Assembly (NCBI GenBank): GCA_032718475.1
Contig: JAUCBJ010002846.1
Span: 1-64,000, forward strand
DNA length: 64,000 nt
Direction: 5' to 3'
Origin: Nemertoderma westbladi
Taxonomy: Eukaryota > Animalia > Xenacoelomorpha
This document shows, piece after piece, positions 49,505 through 63,400 of this stretch. Below the pieces are notes generated by a model. The model did not search any database. It saw only the letters and a list, made by a program, of their open reading frames with translations, and was not told the DNA's origin. Within the stretch, counting starts at the first letter, position 1. Every line of letters starts with the position of its first letter. Position numbers and translations under genes: made by a program.

Positions 49505-49698
49505 ATGTAAGTTGTCCTCGAAGGGAGCGCGCCACTTCAGATATCAACTTCGCAATGGATATACCGGGGCTCCATCAGACTTACAGCAGTTCGGTTGAGG
49601 AACTAAGTTCAGCAGAAACTAGTCCAACTATAGAGAATATTACGCGTGCGGTCTTCCGAACTGACATCACTCATCCTAGCAGCCAAAATATGTACTGA
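49505..49698 (+). CDS. TBC1D1: Probable terminal coding exon of the TBC1D1/4-like gene: (D)VSCPRRERATSDINF...SSQNMY*
   Basis: T-rich acceptor ttttattggtttag|AT; phase 1 complements the G left by exon 20246-20417 (GAT); open to TGA. No recognisable homology. Confidence 0.55.
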
Positions 49699-49934
49699 AC
49701 CTAATACCGGTACTAAACCTAAAACCTAATACCAGTATTAAACCTAATATCGGTGCTAAACCTAATACCGGTACTAAACCTAATACCGGTACTAAACCTA
49801 ATACCGGTACTAAACCTAATACCGGTACTAAACCTAATACCGGTACTAAACCTAATACCGGTACTAAACCTAATACCGGTACTAAACCTAATACCGGTAC
49901 TAAACCTAATACCGGTACTAAACCTACCGGTACT
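49692..49934. repeat. 18-bp tandem repeat (GTACTAAACCTAATACCG), first unit overlapping the putative stop codon
   Basis: About 13 visible units. Confidence 0.92.
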
Positions 49935-50044
49935 TCCCAAACTACCACCGTGTTGGGAACAGTAATTTTCTCATTTGTACTGCTAATTTTTTAGTTGATT
50001 CCAGTTTCACTGTTTCCGATTATATATTATTATTATGTATTTAA

Positions 50045-50448
50045 TATGAAGCGCCGTTTATGCCAAAACTATCTGAATAAATATTATACTCAAGATGTAT
50101 CTAAATCCGAGAATTTATAATCTTACAGTCTTAAAAGTTGTAACAGCGGGAAATCTAAAATGTTATTTTCCTTTCCCTTTATAGTTAGTGTAATGTGTTA
50201 GTGCCATTTTAAATTTCCCGTCGTTTCATATTTTAATACTTTCTCGGCCGAGAATCTCGCAAACTCGGCCGAGAAAAACTCGGCCGAGAAAAACTCGGCC
50301 GAGAAATCTCGGCCGATCGGCCAAGAAAAACTCGGCCAAGAAAACTCGGCCGAGAATTTAGATACATCTTAAGTATAATATTGTTTATTCACACGCATCT
50401 TGAGTATAATATTTATTCAGATAGTTTTGGCATAAACGGCGCCTCATA
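50045..50448. mobile_element. MITE-like element with ~55-bp TIRs and internal palindromic CTCGGCCGAG repeats
   Basis: TATGAAGCGCCGTTTATGCCAAAACTATCTGAATAAATATTATACTCAAGATG inverted at ~50395-50448. Confidence 0.75.
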
Positions 50449-50511
50449 ATTTAATTAAAGGTCTTCCTTGTTTTTTATATCACATATTTTCATCATGTTA
50501 TTTTGTTCAAA

Positions 50512-50830
50512 CGGGATCAAACGTTTTGGGTGTTCAGCGCTCTCGGAACCTTCGGCATCAAACGTTTTGGGTGTTCAGTGCTCTCGGAACCTTCGGCATC
50601 AAACGTTTTGGGTGTTCAGCGCTCTCGCAACTGTCGGGATCAAACGTTTTGGGTGTTCAGCGCTCTCGGAACTGTCGGGATCAAACGTTTTGGGTGTTCA
50701 GCGCTCTCGGAACTGTCGGGATCAAACGTTTTGGGTGTTCAGCGCTCTCGGAACTGTCGGGATCAAACGTTTTGGGTGTTCACAATTGTCGGGATCACGA
50801 TTTTTGGGATCAAACTTTTGATCAAATCGG
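50512..50830. repeat. 41-bp tandem repeat (GGGATCAAACGTTTTGGGTGTTCAGCGCTCTCGGAACTGTC)
   Basis: Period of 41, ~7 copies. Confidence 0.92.
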
Positions 50831-51233
50831 GCTGTTCAATTTTTCTTCTTATTTTCGATGCATGTGAAAGTGAAACGGGATTGGTTTTAAAAAATATATT
50901 TTACACCTTTCGAAAGGCGTGGGTGGGATGATCTTCTTATAGATTCGATCTGACCACTAGAGTTGAATTCTACCTTCTCTAATTTCGATCGTTGGTCAAA
51001 TAATTATTAGCCTATATTGGAAACTTTATTGACATGGTTCATCAGGTTCAACATCAGTGGGAGGATTATTCATTCCCCTTTGTAGTATATTGTACGGTAG
51101 TAACACGTGTCTGTTGACAATCAAGTCAATTTATAGTTGATTACTCTAAATGGCGGTTAAAACATATCAATTAAATGTAATCGAATCAACTTATGTACTA
51201 GTGACACGTTCGCGGGGCCTTTTAGTTAGCAAG

Positions 51234-51247
51234 GCGCCCTCTAGCGG
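51234..51247 (-). promoter_or_regulatory. CTCF-consensus-like motif CCGCTAGAGGGCGC
   Basis: Motif match only; sits in unique DNA ~170 bp before the 49-bp satellite. Confidence 0.3.
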
Positions 51248-51418
51248 GAGACTGGAGAAAATTGCTGAGACCCCCACACAAATTATATTGAGGACTTTCG
51301 ATAGTCTGTCTGTATATACATGTGTGCCAAGTTGGTTGAATTTCATCAAATATTCACTATTACTGGAGTTATTCGCCTTTAAACAATTGTCATCCGACAG
51401 ACAACAGTTGAAACAGCT

Positions 51419-54400
51419 GTATGCCAAGCTAGCTTACTTCTTGGGTCGGCCCACGACAGTGGTACCCGTATGCTAATCTAGCTTACTTCTTGGCTCGGCC
51501 CACGACAGTGGTACCCGTATGCTAATCTAGCTTACTTCTTGGCTCGGCCCACGACAGTGGGACCCGTATGCTAATCTAGCTTACTTCTTGGCTCGCCCCA
51601 CGACAGTGGTACCCGTATGCTAATCTAGCTTACTTCTTGGCTCGGCCCACGACAGTGGGACCCGTATGCTAATCTAGCTTACTTCTTGGCTCGGCCCACG
51701 ACAGTGGGACCCGTATGCTAATCTAGCTTACTTCTTGGCTCGCCCCACGACAGTGGTACCCGTATGCTAATCTAGCTTACTTCTTGGCTCGGCCCACGAC
51801 AGTGGTACCCGTATGCTAATCTAGCTTACTTCTTGGCTCGGCCCACGACAGTGGGACCCGTATGCTAATCTAGCTTACTTCTTGGCTCGCCCCACGACAG
51901 TGGTACCCGTATGCTAATCTAGCTTACTTCTTGGCTCGGCCCACGACAGTGGTACCCGTATGCTAATCTAGCTTACTTCCTGGCTCGCCCCACGACAGTG
52001 GTACCCGTATGCTAATCTAGCTTACTTCTTGGCTCGCCCCACGACAGTGGTACCCGTTTGCCAAGCTAGCTTACTTCTTGGCTCGGCCCACGACAGTGGT
52101 ACCCGTATGCTAATCTAGCTTACTTCTTGGCTCGGCCCACGACAGTGGGACCCGTATGCTAATCTAGCTTACTTCTTGGCTCGCCCCACGACAGTGGTAC
52201 CCGTATGCTAATCTAGCTTACTTCTTGGCTCGGCCCACGACAGTGGTACCCGTATGCTAATCTAGCTTACTTCCTGGCTCGCCCCACGACAGTGGTACCC
52301 GTATGCTAATTTAGCTTATTTCTTGGCTCGGCCCACGACAGTGGTACCCGTATGCCAAGCTAGCTTACTTCTTGGCTCGTCCCATGACAGTGGTACCCGT
52401 ATGCCAAGCTAGCTTACTTTTTGGCTCGCCCCACAACAGTGGTACCCGTATGCCAAGCTAGCTTACTTCTTGGCTCGCCCCACGACAGTGGTACCCGTAT
52501 GCCAAGCTAGCTTCTTCTTTACTTCTTGGCTCGCCCCACGACGGTACCCGTATGCCAAGCTAGCTTACTTCTTGGCTCGCCCCACGACAGCGGTACCCGT
52601 ATGCTAATCTAGCTTACTTCTTGGCTCGGCCCACGACAGTGGTACCCGTATGCCAAGCTAGCTTACTTCTTGGCTCGCCCCACGACAGTGGTACCCGTAT
52701 GCCAAGCTAGCTTACTTCTTGGCTCGCCCCACGACGGTACCCGTATGCCAAGCTAGCTTACTTCTTGGCTCGCCCCACGACAGCGGTACCCGTATGCTAA
52801 TCTAGCTTACTTCTTGGCTCGGCCCACGACAGTGGTACCCGTATGCCAAGCTAGCTTACTTGGCTCGCCCCACGACAGTGGTACCCGTATGCCAAGCTAG
52901 CTTACTTCTTGGCTCGCCCCACGACAGTGGTACCCGTATGCTAATCTAGCTTACTTCTTGGCTCGCCCCACGACAGTGGTACCCGTATGCTAATCTAGCT
53001 TATTTCTTGGCTCGCCCCACGACAGTGGTACCCGTATGCCAAGCAGCTTACTTCTTGGCTCGCCCCACGACAGCGGTACCCGTATGCTAATCTAGCTTAC
53101 TTCTTGGCTCGCCCCACGACAGTGGTACCCGTATGCCAAGCTAGCTTACTTCTTGGCTCGCCCCACGACAGCGGTACCCGTATGCCAATCTAGCTTACTT
53201 CTTGGCTCGCCCCACGACAGCGGTACCCGTATGCCAATCTAGCTTACTTCTTGGCTCGCCCCACGACAGTGGTACCCGTATGCCAAGCTAGCTTACTTCT
53301 TGGCTCGCCCCACGACAGTGGTACCCGTATGCCAATCTAGCTTACTTCTTGGCTCGCCCCACGACAGTGGTACCCGTATGCCAATCTAGCTTACTTCTTG
53401 GCTCGCCCCACGACAGTGGTACCCGTATGCCAAGCTAGCTTACTTCTTGGCTCGCCCCACGACAGCGGTACCCGTATGCCAATCTAGCTTACTTCTTGGC
53501 TCGGCCCACGACAGTGGTACCCGTATGCTAATCTAGCTTACTTCTTGGCTCGGCCCACGACAGCGGTACCCGTATGCCAATCTAGCTTACTTCTTGGCTC
53601 GGCCCACGACAGTGGTACCCGTATGCTAATCTAGCTTACTTCTTGGCTCGGCCCACGACAGTGGTACCCGTATGCCAAGCTAGCTTACTTATTGGCTCGC
53701 CCCACGACAGTGGTACCCGTATGCCAAGCTAGCTTACTTATTGGCTCGCCCCACGACAGTGGTACCCGTATGCTAAGCTAGCTTACTTCTTGGCTCGCCC
53801 CACGACAGTTGTACCCCTATGCTAATCTAGCTTACTTCTTGGTTCGCCCCACGACAGTGGTACCCGTATGCCAAGCTAGCTTACTTCTTGGCTCGCCCCA
53901 CGACAGCGGTACCCGTATGCCAAGCTAGCTTACGTCTTGGCTCGCCCCACGACAGTGGTACCCGTATGCTAATCTAGCTTATTTCTTGGCTCGCCCCACG
54001 ACAGCGGTACCCGTATGCTAATCTAGCTTACTTCTTGGCTCGCCCCACGGCAGTGGTACCCGTATGCTAATCTAGCTTATTTCTTGGCTCGCCCCACGAC
54101 AGCGGTACCCGTATGCTAATCTAGCTTACTTCTTGGATCGGCCCACGACAGTGGTACCCGTATGCTAATCTAGCTTACTTCCTGGCTCGCCCCATGACAG
54201 TGGTACCCGTATGCCAAGCTAGCTTATTTCTTGGCTCGCCCCACGACAGTGGTACCCGTATGCTAATCTAGCTTATTTCTTGGCTCGCCCCACGACAGCG
54301 GTATCCGTATGCCAAGCTAGCTTACTTCTTGGCTCGCCCCACGACAGTGGTACCCGTATGCCAAGCTAGCTTACTTCTTGGCTCGCCCCACGACAGTGGT

Positions 54401-57400
54401 ACCCGTATGCCAAGCTAGCTTACTTCTTGGCTCGCCCCACGACAGTGGTACCCGTATGCTAATCTAGCTTACTTCTTGGCTCGGCCCACGACAGTGGTAC
54501 CCGTATGCTAATCTAGCTTACTTCTTGGCTCGCACCACGACAGTGGTACCCGTATGCCAATCTAGCTTACTTCTTGGCTCGCCCCACGACAGTGGTACCC
54601 GTATGCTAATCTAGCTTACTTCTTGGCTCGGCCCACGACAGTGGTACCCGTATGCTAATCTAGCTTACTTCTTGGATCGGCCCACGACAGTGGTACCCGT
54701 ATGCTAATCTAGCTTACTTCTTGGCTCGGCCCACGACAGTGGTACCCATATGCTAATCTAGCTTACTTCTTGGCTCGCACCACGACAGTGGTACCCGTAT
54801 GCCAATCTAGCTTACTTCTTGGCTCGCCCCACGACAGTGGTACCCGTATGCTAAGCTAGCTTACTTCTTGGCTCGCCCCACGACAGTGGTACCCGTATGC
54901 TAAGCTAGCTTATTTCTTGGCTCGGCCCACGACAGTGGTACCTGTATGCTAAGCTAGCTTACTTCTTGGCTCGGCCCACGACAGTGGTGCCCGTATGCTA
55001 AGCTCGCCTACTTCGTTGCTCGCCCCACGACAGTGGTACCCGTATGCTAATCTAGCTTACTTCTTGGCTCGGCCCACGACAGTGGTACCCGTATGCTGAG
55101 CTAGCTTACTTCTTGGCTCGGCCCACGACAGTGGTACCCGTATGCTAATCTAGCTTACTTCTTGGCTCGGCCCACGACAGTGGTACCCGTATGCTGAGCT
55201 AGCTTACTTCTTGGCTCGGCCCACGACAGCGGTACCCGTATGCCAAGCTAGCTTACTTCTTGACTCGCCCCACGACAGTGGTACCCGTATGCTAATCTAG
55301 CTTACTTCTTGGCTCGGCCCACGACAGTGGTACCCGTATGCTAATCTAGCTTACTTCTTGGCTCGCCCCACGACAGTGGTACCCGTATGCTAATCTAGCT
55401 TATTTCTTGGCTCGCCCCACGACAGTGGTACCCGTATGCCAAGCAGCTTACTTCTTGGCTCGCCCCACGACAGCGGTACCCGTATGCTAATCTAGCTTAC
55501 TTCTTGGCTCGCCCCACGACAGTGGTACCCGTATGCCAAGCTAGCTTACTTCTTGGCTCGCCCCACGACAGCGGTACCCGTATGCCAATCTAGCTTACTT
55601 CTTGGCTCGCCCCACGACAGCGGTACCCGTATGCCAATCTAGCTTACTTCTTGGCTCGCCCCACGACAGTGGTACCCGTATGCCAAGCTAGCTTACTTCT
55701 TGGCTCGCCCCACGACAGTGGTACCCGTATGCCAATCTAGCTTACTTCTTGGCTCGCCCCACGACAGTGGTACCCGTATGCCAATCTAGCTTACTTCTTG
55801 GCTCGCCCCACGACAGTGGTACCCGTATGCCAAGCTAGCTTACTTCTTGGCTCGCCCCACGACAGCGGTACCCGTATGCCAATCTAGCTTACTTCTTGGC
55901 TCGGCCCACGACAGTGGTACCCGTATGCCAAGCTAGCTTACTTATTGGCTCGCCCCACGACAGTGGTACCCGTATGCCAAGCTAGCTTACTTATTGGCTC
56001 GCCCCACGACAGTGGTACCCGTATGCTAAGCTAGCTTACTTCTTGGCTCGCCCCACGACAGTTGTACCCCTATGCTAATCTAGCTTACTTCTTGGTTCGC
56101 CCCACGACAGTGGTACCCGTATGCCAAGCTAGCTTACTTCTTGGCTCGCCCCACGACAGCGGTACCCGTATGCCAAGCTAGCTTACGTCTTGGCTCGCCC
56201 CACGACAGTGGTACCCGTATGCTAATCTAGCTTATTTCTTGGCTCGCCCCACGACAGCGGTACCCGTATGCTAATCTAGCTTACTTCTTGGCTCGCCCCA
56301 CGGCAGTGGTACCCGTATGCTAATCTAGCTTATTTCTTGGCTCGCCCCACGACAGCGGTACCCGTATGCTAATCTAGCTTACTTCTTGGATCGGCCCACG
56401 ACAGTGGTACCCGTATGCTAATCTAGCTTACTTCCTGGCTCGCCCCATGACAGTGGTACCCGTATGCCAAGCTAGCTTATTTCTTGGCTCGCCCCACGAC
56501 AGTGGTACCCGTATGCTAATCTAGCTTATTTCTTGGCTCGCCCCACGACAGCGGTATCCGTATGCCAAGCTAGCTTACTTCTTGGCTCGCCCCACGACAG
56601 TGGTACCCGTATGCCAAGCTAGCTTACTTCTTGGCTCGCCCCACGACAGTGGTACCCGTATGCTAATCTAGCTTACTTCTTGGCTCGGCCCACGACAGCG
56701 GTACCCGTATGCTAATCTAGCTTACTTCTTGGCTCGCCCCACGACAGTGGTACCCGTATACTAAGCTAGCTTACTTCTTGGCTCGCCCCACGACAGTGGT
56801 ACCCGTAAGCTAATCTAGCTTACTTCTTTGCTCGGCCCACGACAGTGGTACCCGTATGCTAATCTAGCTTACTTCTTGGCTCGCCCCACGACAGTGGTAC
56901 CCGTATGCTAATCTAGCTTACTTCTTGGCTCGGCCCACGACAGTGGTACCCGTATGCAATCTAGCTTACTTCTTGGCTCGGCCCACGACAGTGGTACCCG
57001 TATGCTAATCTAGCTTACTTCTTGGCTCGGCCCACGACAGTGGTACCCGTATGCTAATCTAGCTTACTTCTTGGCTCGCCCCACGACAGTGGTACCCGTA
57101 TGCTAATCTAGCTTACTTCTTGGCTCGGCCCACGACAGTGGTACCCGTATGCAATCTAGCTTACTTCTTGGCTCGGCCCACGACAGCGGTACCCGTATGC
57201 TAATCTAGCTTACTTCTTGGCTCGCCCCACGACAGTGGTACCCGTATGCTAATCTAGCTTACTTCTTGGCTCGGCCCACGACAGTGGTACCCGTATGCTA
57301 ATCTAGCTTACTTCTTGGATCGGCCCACGACAGTGGTACCCGTATGCTAATCTAGCTTACTTCTTGGCTCGGCCCACGACAGTGGTACCCATATGCTAAT

Positions 57401-60400
57401 CTAGCTTACTTCTTGGCTCGCACCACGACAGTGGTACCCGTATGCCAATCTAGCTTACTTCTTGGCTCGCCCCACGACAGTGGTACCCGTATGCTAAGCT
57501 AGCTTACTTCTTGGCTCGCCCCACGACAGTGGTACCCGTATGCTAAGCTAGCTTATTTCTTGGCTCGGCCCACGACAGTGGTACCTGTATGCTAAGCTAG
57601 CTTACTTCTTGGCTCGGCCCACGACAGTGGTGCCCGTATGCTAAGCTCGCCTACTTCGTTGCTCGCCCCACGACAGTGGTACCCGTATGCTAATCTAGCT
57701 TACTTCTTGGCTCGGCCCACGACAGTGGTACCCGTATGCTGAGCTAGCTTACTTCTTGGCTCGGCCCACGACAGTGGTACCCGTATGCTAATCTAGCTTA
57801 CTTCTTGGCTCGGCCCACGACAGTGGTACCCGTATGCTGAGCTAGCTTACTTCTTGGCTCGGCCCACGACAGCGGTACCCGTATGCCAAGCTAGCTTACT
57901 TCTTGACTCGCCCCACGACAGTGGTACCCGTATGCTAATTTAGCTTACTTCTTGGCTCGCCCCACGACAGTGGTACCCGTATGCTAATCTAGCTTACTTC
58001 TTGGCTCGCCCCACGACAGTGGTACCCGTATGCTAATCTAGCTTATTTCTTGGCTCGCCCCACGACAGTGGTACCCGTATGCCAAGCAGCTTACTTCTTG
58101 GCTCGCCCCACGACAGCGGTACCCGTATGCTAATCTAGCTTACTTCTTGGCTCGCCCCACGACAGTGGTACCCGTATGCCAAGCTAGCTTACTTCTTGGC
58201 TCGCCCCACGACAGCGGTACCCGTATGCCAATCTAGCTTACTTCTTGGCTCGCCCCACGACAGCGGTACCCGTATGCCAATCTAGCTTACTTCTTGGCTC
58301 GCCCCACGACAGTGGTACCCGTATGCCAAGCTAGCTTACTTCTTGGCTCGCCCCACGACAGTGGTACCCGTATGCCAATCTAGCTTACTTCTTGGCTCGC
58401 CCCACGACAGTGGTACCCGTATGCCAATCTAGCTTACTTCTTGGCTCGCCCCACGACAGTGGTACCCGTATGCCAAGCTAGCTTACTTCTTGGCTCGCCC
58501 CACGACAGCGGTACCCGTATGCCAATCTAGCTTACTTCTTGGCTCGGCCCACGACAGTGGTACCCGTATGCTAATCTAGCTTACTTCTTGGCTCGGCCCA
58601 CGACAGCGGTACCCGTATGCCAATCTAGCTTACTTCTTGGCTCGGCCCACGACAGTGGTACCCGTATGCTAATCTAGCTTACTTCTTGGCTCGGCCCACG
58701 ACAGTGGTACCCGTATGCCAAGCTAGCTTACTTATTGGCTCGCCCCACGACAGTGGTACCCGTATGCCAAGCTAGCTTACTTATTGGCTCGCCCCACGAC
58801 AGTGGTACCCGTATGCTAAGCTAGCTTACTTCTTGGCTCGCCCCACGACAGTTGTACCCCTATGCTAATCTAGCTTACTTCTTGGTTCGCCCCACGACAG
58901 TGGTACCCGTATGCCAAGCTAGCTTACTTCTTGGCTCGCCCCACGACAGCGGTACCCGTATGCCAAGCTAGCTTACGTCTTGGCTCGCCCCACGACAGTG
59001 GTACCCGTATGCTAATCTAGCTTATTTCTTGGCTCGCCCCACGACAGCGGTACCCGTATGCTAATCTAGCTTACTTCTTGGCTCGCCCCACGGCAGTGGT
59101 ACCCGTATGCTAATCTAGCTTATTTCTTGGCTCGCCCCACGACAGCGGTACCCGTATGCTAATCTAGCTTACTTCTTGGATCGGCCCACGACAGTGGTAC
59201 CCGTATGCTAATCTAGCTTACTTCCTGGCTCGCCCCATGACAGTGGTACCCGTATGCCAAGCTAGCTTATTTCTTGGCTCGCCCCACGACAGTGGTACCC
59301 GTATGCTAATCTAGCTTATTTCTTGGCTCGCCCCACGACAGCGGTATCCGTATGCCAAGCTAGCTTACTTCTTGGCTCGCCCCACGACAGTGGTACCCGT
59401 ATGCCAAGCTAGCTTACTTCTTGGCTCGCCCCACGACAGTGGTACCCGTATGCCAAGCTAGCTTACTTCTTGGCTCGCCCCACGACAGTGGTACCCGTAT
59501 GCTAATCTAGCTTACTTCTTGGCTCGGCCCACGACAGCGGTACCCGTATGCTAATCTAGCTTACTTCTTGGCTCGCCCCACGACAGTGGTACCCGTATAC
59601 TAAGCTAGCTTACTTCTTGGCTCGCCCCACGACAGTGGTACCCGTAAGCTAATCTAGCTTACTTCTTTGCTCGGCCCACGACAGTGGTACCCGTATGCTA
59701 ATCTAGCTTACTTCTTGGCTCGCCCCACGACAGTGGTACCCGTATGCTAATCTAGCTTACTTCTTGGCTCGGCCCACGACAGTGGTACCCGTATGCAATC
59801 TAGCTTACTTCTTGGCTCGGCCCACGACAGTGGTACCCGTATGCTAATCTAGCTTACTTCTTGGCTCGGCCCACGACAGTGGTACCCGTATGCTAATCTA
59901 GCTTACTTCTTGGCTCGCCCCACGACAGTGGTACCCGTATGCTAATCTAGCTTACTTCTTGGCTCGGCCCACGACAGTGGTACCCGTATGCAATCTAGCT
60001 TACTTCTTGGCTCGGCCCACGACAGCGGTACCCGTATGCTAATCTAGCTTACTTCTTGGCTCGCCCCACGACAGTGGTACCCGTATGCTAATCTAGCTTA
60101 CTTCTTGGCTCGGCCCACGACAGTGGTACCCGTATGCTAATCTAGCTTACTTCTTGGATCGGCCCACGACAGTGGTACCCGTATGCTAATCTAGCTTACT
60201 TCTTGGCTCGGCCCACGACAGTGGTACCCATATGCTAATCTAGCTTACTTCTTGGCTCGCACCACGACAGTGGTACCCGTATGCCAATCTAGCTTACTTC
60301 TTGGCTCGCCCCACGACAGTGGTACCCGTATGCTAAGCTAGCTTACTTCTTGGCTCGCCCCACGACAGTGGTACCCGTATGCTAAGCTAGCTTACTTCCT

Positions 60401-63400
60401 GGCTCGCCCCATGACAGTGGTACCCGTATGCCAAGCTAGCTTATTTCTTGGCTCGCCCCACGACAGTGGTACCCGTATGCTAATCTAGCTTATTTCTTGG
60501 CTCGCCCCACGACAGCGGTACCGTATGCCAAGCTAGCTTACTTCTTGGCTCGCCCCACGACAGTGGTACCCGTATGCCAAGCTAGCTTACTTCTTGGCTC
60601 GCCCCACGACAGTGGTACCCGTATGCTAATCTAGCTTACTTCTTGGCTCGGCCCACGACAGCGGTACCCGTATGCTAATCTAGCTTACTTCTTGGCTCGC
60701 CCCACGACAGTGGTACCCGTATGCTAAGCTAGCTTACTTCTTGGCTCGCCCCACGACAGTGGTACCCGTATGCTAATCTAGCTTACTTCTTTGCTCGGCC
60801 CACGACAGTGGTACCCGTATGCTAATCTAGCTTACTTCTTGGCTCGCCCCACGACAGTGGTACCCGTATGCTAATCTAGCTTACTTCTTGGCTCGGCCCA
60901 CGACAGTGGTACCCGTATGCAATCTAGCTTACTTCTTGGCTCGGCCCACGACAGTGGTACCCGTATGCTAATCTAGCTTACTTCTTGGCTCGGCCCACGA
61001 CAGTGGTACCCGTATGCTAATCTAGCTTACTTCTTGGCTCGCCCCACGACAGTGGTACCCGTATGCTAATCTAGCTTACTTCTTGGCTCGGCCCACGACA
61101 GTGGTACCCGTATGCAATCTAGCTTACTTCTTGGCTCGGCCCACGACAGCGGTACCCGTATGCTAATCTAGCTTACTTCTTGGCTCGCCCCACGACAGTG
61201 GTACCCGTATGCTAATCTAGCTTACTTCTTGGCTCGGCCCACGACAGTGGTACCCGTATGCTAATCTAGCTTACTTCTTGGATCGGCCCACGACAGTGGT
61301 ACCCGTATGCTAATCTAGCTTACTTCTTGGCTCGGCCCACGACAGTGGTACCCATATGCTAATCTAGCTTACTTCTTGGCTCGCACCACGACAGTGGTAC
61401 CCGTATGCCAATCTAGCTTACTTCTTGGCTCGCCCCACGACAGTGGTACCCGTATGCTAAGCTAGCTTACTTCTTGGCTCGCCCCACGACAGTGGTACCC
61501 GTATGCTAAGCTAGCTTATTTCTTGGCTCGGCCCACGACAGTGGTACCTGTATGCTAAGCTAGCTTACTTCTTGGCTCGGCCCACGACAGTGGTGCCCGT
61601 ATGCTAAGCTCGCCTACTTCGTTGCTCGCCCCACGACAGTGGTACCCGTATGCTAATCTAGCTTACTTCTTGGCTCGGCCCACGACAGTGGTACCCGTAT
61701 GCTGAGCTAGCTTACTTCTTGGCTCGGCCCACGACAGTGGTACCCGTATGCTAATCTAGCTTACTTCTTGGCTCGGCCCACGACAGTGGTACCCGTATGC
61801 TGAGCTAGCTTACTTCTTGGCTCGGCCCACGACAGCGGTACCCGTATGCCAAGCTAGCTTACTTCTTGACTCGCCCCACGACAGTGGTACCCGTATGCTA
61901 ATCTAGCTTACTTCTTGGCTCGCCCCACGACAGTGGTACCCGTATGCTAATCTAGCTTACTTCTTGGCTCGCCCCACGACAGTGGTACCCGTATGCTAAT
62001 CTAGCTTATTTCTTGGCTCGCCCCACGACAGTGGTACCCGTATGCCAAGCAGCTTACTTCTTGGCTCGCCCCACGACAGCGGTACCCGTATGCTAATCTA
62101 GCTTACTTCTTGGCTCGCCCCACGACAGTGGTACCCGTATGCCAAGCTAGCTTACTTCTTGGCTCGCCCCACGACAGCGGTACCCGTATGCCAATCTAGC
62201 TTACTTCTTGGCTCGCCCCACGACAGCGGTACCCGTATGCCAATCTAGCTTACTTCTTGGCTCGCCCCACGACAGTGGTACCCGTATGCCAAGCTAGCTT
62301 ACTTCTTGGCTCGCCCCACGACAGTGGTACCCGTATGCCAATCTAGCTTACTTCTTGGCTCGCCCCACGACAGTGGTACCCGTATGCCAATCTAGCTTAC
62401 TTCTTGGCTCGCCCCACGACAGTGGTACCCGTATGCCAAGCTAGCTTACTTCTTGGCTCGCCCCACGACAGCGGTACCCGTATGCCAATCTAGCTTACTT
62501 CTTGGCTCGGCCCACGACAGTGGTACCCGTATGCTAATCTAGCTTACTTCTTGGCTCGGCCCACGACAGCGGTACCCGTATGCCAATCTAGCTTACTTCT
62601 TGGCTCGGCCCACGACAGTGGTACCCGTATGCTAATCTAGCTTACTTCTTGGCTCGGCCCACGACAGTGGTACCCGTATGCCAAGCTAGCTTACTTATTG
62701 GCTCGCCCCACGACAGTGGTACCCGTATGCCAAGCTAGCTTACTTATTGGCTCGCCCCACGACAGTGGTACCCGTATGCTAAGCTAGCTTACTTCTTGGC
62801 TCGCCCCACGACAGTTGTACCCCTATGCTAATCTAGCTTACTTCTTGGTTCGCCCCACGACAGTGGTACCCGTATGCCAAGCTAGCTTACTTCTTGGCTC
62901 GCCCCACGACAGCGGTACCCGTATGCCAAGCTAGCTTACGTCTTGGCTCGCCCCACGACAGTGGTACCCGTATGCTAATCTAGCTTATTTCTTGGCTCGC
63001 CCCACGACAGCGGTACCCGTATGCTAATCTAGCTTACTTCTTGGCTCGCCCCACGGCAGTGGTACCCGTATGCTAATCTAGCTTATTTCTTGGCTCGCCC
63101 CACGACAGCGGTACCCGTATGCTAATCTAGCTTACTTCTTGGATCGGCCCACGACAGTGGTACCCGTATGCTAATCTAGCTTACTTCCTGGCTCGCCCCA
63201 TGACAGTGGTACCCGTATGCCAAGCTAGCTTATTTCTTGGCTCGCCCCACGACAGTGGTACCCGTATGCTAATCTAGCTTATTTCTTGGCTCGCCCCACG
63301 ACAGCGGTATCCGTATGCCAAGCTAGCTTACTTCTTGGCTCGCCCCACGACAGTGGTACCCGTATGCCAAGCTAGCTTACTTCTTGGCTCGCCCCACGAC

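Noticed and set aside
49676-50931. Short repetitive ORFs (GLVPVL, FSTGIR, LNLIPV, FGCSALS)
   Set aside because: Translations of the 18-bp and 41-bp tandem repeats
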